From contig NC_045707.1 in NCBI RefSeq assembly GCF_009834535.1, positions 49,726,001 to 49,790,000 of the forward strand: a stretch of DNA of 64,000 nt, written 5' to 3'. Below, piece by piece: positions 61,150 through 64,000 of the stretch. The first letter of the stretch is position 1. The number at the start of each line of letters is the position of its first letter. The position numbers and the translations under genes were made by a program. This DNA comes from Camelus ferus. Its lineage: Eukaryota. The notes under the pieces are model-generated. The model was not told where the DNA came from and did not search any database. It saw only the letters and a list, made by a program, of their open reading frames with translations.

Positions 61150-61550
61150 TAGAGGGACCAGGACAAGACAGATGGAGACATCGAACTGCGATACAGTTGA
61201 ACCAAAGGCTTCAGCAGATCCCATGGGGAAGCACTGAAGCTAGAATGGCCCTTCAAAGGGTCCTGGATTATCCTGAATTGAGGCAAAGAGGCTGGTCCTT
61301 TGAATTTCCCCTGGCCCCGCATTAGTTAGTCATGGAATGCACGCTGTCCCTAGGGAGAAAGCATAGACTTGGGCAAGGCAGCTTTCCTTTGGCAGAGGAC
61401 AGTGTCCAGAGAAAGAGGGAGTTCCTGGAGAGGAAACTGGCTGTTTGTTTCAGCAACCAGCACTCCTAGCTGTTGACAGACAGAATGAGCCTATAAAAGT
61501 GGGGCAGGCGGGGGGAGGCGTCTGGGCAGTGTGCCGCAGCAGCCACTATG
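61150..61550 (-). mobile_element. ERVL LTR16-like solo LTR
   Basis: ggcttcagcagatcccatggggaagcactgaagctagaatggcccttca..cctgaattgaggcaaagaggctgg..cttgggcaaggcagct. Confidence 0.65.
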
Positions 61551-62005
61551 TTTCTGTCCCTGTCTTTGCCACGAGCAAGGGAACCTGAATAATCCACCCA
61601 GCTTTCCCAAGCTTTTGTGTTCTTATCTGGATGCAAGGGAAGTGGAAGAGCTGCATTCTAGCTGATAGACTTTGCACTCTGACTTTTTATTTTAAGGACT
61701 ATTCTCTATTTTATTTATAAATTTGCTGTTTTTAAAATATTCTCAAGGCAAGGCAAAGCAGGGGCTTTTATGAGATTTTTTTTTCTGATTTTCATAAAAA
61801 TTGATGGCTCTATCAATGCACTGCTTCATTTAAAATAACCTCGAAGTCAACACTTAGTTTTCATAAGCTAAGGATTTCCTAATTTCTTTTATAAACAGCA
61901 TATTCACAAGGTATGTGGCTTTTATTGTGCCACTTAGTTTTGTCACTGTGCTGTGGAATCCATTGCTTTATTTTGTGATCATAAGTTATATCTATTCACC
62001 TTAAA

Positions 62006-62020
62006 ACACACACACACACA
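62006..62020. repeat. (AC)7 microsatellite
   Basis: Direct read. Confidence 0.85.
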
Positions 62021-62684
62021 GACCAACTTTCACTAATGAATCTAAAAAGACTTCAGAATACAATTTTAATGTCACTGTGGTTGGGTGGGACTATTTTTAA
62101 ACCACCCCGGAGGTAAAAGTTTATATCTCATTCTTAAATGTCTGCAAGGAGCTCTTTCAGAATGTAGTATATCCTTTATTCAGTGATCATCAACCGTCAT
62201 AGTTAGGAAGTTCTTTCTGAAATCTAACCTAAATCTCTCCTACTGCAATTTCAAACCACTACCTTTTCCATCCTTAATGAATTAGGAAAGGACCTGGTAA
62301 TCACTGTCACTTACCTCTTATAGTTTTCATATGTTTAACTTCTTAAGAATTTATTAACACCTAAACATTCTCTCTTATATGACATTTTATCACACTCAGT
62401 TATCGTCTACTTTTTAACTCTTGAGAAATGTTAGTTCACTGAAGGAGGGTAGGTCTTAAAATACAAGTATAGATGATATACTTACTTCCCATATATAACT
62501 ATAAAATTTACACTTAAATAGAATATACAAACCACTGTGAAATTTAAATGTTTTATACTGTTTTTATATTTGACATACCAGGTAGAAAGTATATTTTAAT
62601 TTTTTTGTACTTTCTCCATGTTTCTCAAAATACAAAATTTGAATTTTGTTTTATCTTTGTGTGAATAATTCTCTTTATTTGTTT

Positions 62685-62758
62685 TCTTTTTTTCAGTTGA
62701 AGTATAGCTGATTTATAATGTGTTAGTTTCAGGTGTTCAGCAGCAAGTGATTCAGATA

Positions 62759-62801
<43 letters not shown>

Positions 62802-63015
62802 AACTAAATATATATATATATATATATATATAAATTCTTTTTCCAATTCCTTTCAAGTTTTTACAAGATATATAGTTCCCTGTGCTATACAGTAAATTAT
62901 TGTTCTTTAATCTATTTTATTTATAGTTGTGTATATCTGTTAATCCCAAACTCCTAATTTATCCCTCCTGCCTTTTCCTCTGGTAACCATAAGTTTGTTT
63001 TCTATGTCTATGAGT
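62685..63015 (-). mobile_element. Camelid-type L1 3' end with internal (TAAA)~10 and (TA)~11 repeats
   Basis: ttgaagtatagctgatttataatgtgttagtttcaggtg..gttccctgtgctatacagta..ggtaaccataagtttgttttctatgtc. Confidence 0.88.
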
Positions 63016-63479
63016 GAATCCTTATGTAAATAGCATGCAGAGAAAAGGGTCATGAAAGTGACTACATCAATCAGAGTAAAGATGAATCCATTTATACCTT
63101 CACTTCTCCAACTATCGCACAGTCAAAGGAATTTAGATTCCCGATATGAGTTCAAATAAGCAACTGCTATATTAGAATAGAAGGAACCTGAATGCCTACT
63201 TCATAGCACAAGACCAATGGAAGTATACCATGTTATTATGAATGCTTCAGTGAATTCTTAATAGTGTTTAATATTCATTCCTTTGAGTCCTTCTAATAAA
63301 ATAAACCCTAATACTGACTATGCTGTCAATTGCACATATTTTTGTTAGTGTATCAAATACACCCGGCTAATATTACTTTAATTCAATTCTATGAGTTTAT
63401 AGCAAACCCTACTCAGTAGTTACCATTGTGCTAAAACTTTGGCAGATACAAAGAAGTAAAAACTAAGATATTTTAAATG

Positions 63480-63720
63480 TGTATAGATATTCACAAAGCA
63501 TTTTCAATGAAAAACTTTTATTTGTCATGCATAATAATCCTGTGTGCTAGTTTGAATATAGCCAGTATTATCATCCCATTTTAGAGTATAAAAATCAAAA
63601 TGAGCCAACTAAGCAAAAATCCATTTAAATAATTTGCCCAGAGTCTTGACTAGTAAGTTGCAGAGCCAAGACCCAAACCTTGGTCTTCTGTTTCAAAAAA
63701 CCACGTGCTTTCCGCCTTTA
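63480..63720 (-). mobile_element. MIR SINE
   Basis: tattatcatcccattttaga..aatttgcccagagtc..ctagtaagttgcagagccaagacccaaacc. Confidence 0.7.
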
Positions 63721-64000
63721 GATGGCCTGCAGACTCACTGCTGTGGCAAAGTTTCATGGAAACGTTGCCTTAAACCCTCTTGAAACAAGGCAGACAATAA
63801 ATAAGACTTAGTTGCCCGAATGAGATCAAGTTAGAAAGTAAGAAGAATCCTTATGGCCTTTTTTGGTGGGAAAGGAAAACCTTCCTAGAAGAGTTGGAAC
63901 TTCATATGTTCCAATGTTGGACCTTCATGTGTTGCTGAACTGTGTAGAGGCAGATAAGAAAAAGCCTGATTCCAACTTTGACTAACACAGGTAACATAGC

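Noticed and set aside
1..64000. Horizontally acquired, viral-coding, mitochondrial (NUMT) or processed-pseudogene segments
   Set aside because: I recognised no stretch with foreign composition, a long coding frame, or a gene-like body with poly(A) and TSD. A very decayed copy could be missed without BLAST.

Overview
AT-rich, CpG-depleted mammalian genomic DNA, intronic or intergenic. It is most likely from a camelid (camel, alpaca or llama), because it carries two Vic-1-type tRNA-derived SINEs and I saw no Alu, Bov-tA/BovB or PRE1 elements. Much of the window is decayed interspersed repeat: L1 (old L1M and younger camelid/cetartiodactyl 3' ends), L2, MIR, MaLR/ERVL solo LTRs (MLT1, LTR33-like, LTR16-like), and hAT (MER20, MER33, MER3, MER5) and Tigger2-type MITEs, plus microsatellites. 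I recognise no protein-coding gene, RNA gene or CpG-island promoter; the supplied ORFs look like chance or repeat-derived frames. I did not find a convincing new biological system. The most notable items are: a Tigger2/MER8-type MITE whose interior appears replaced by MIR-like host DNA, two L1 insertions with twin-priming inversions, an L1 with a possible 3' transduction, a pair of co-oriented LTR33-like elements, and several splice-signal-bounded candidate exons in repeat-poor stretches. Repeat family names come from recalled consensus similarity. Boundaries are approximate unless TSDs or TIRs are cited.
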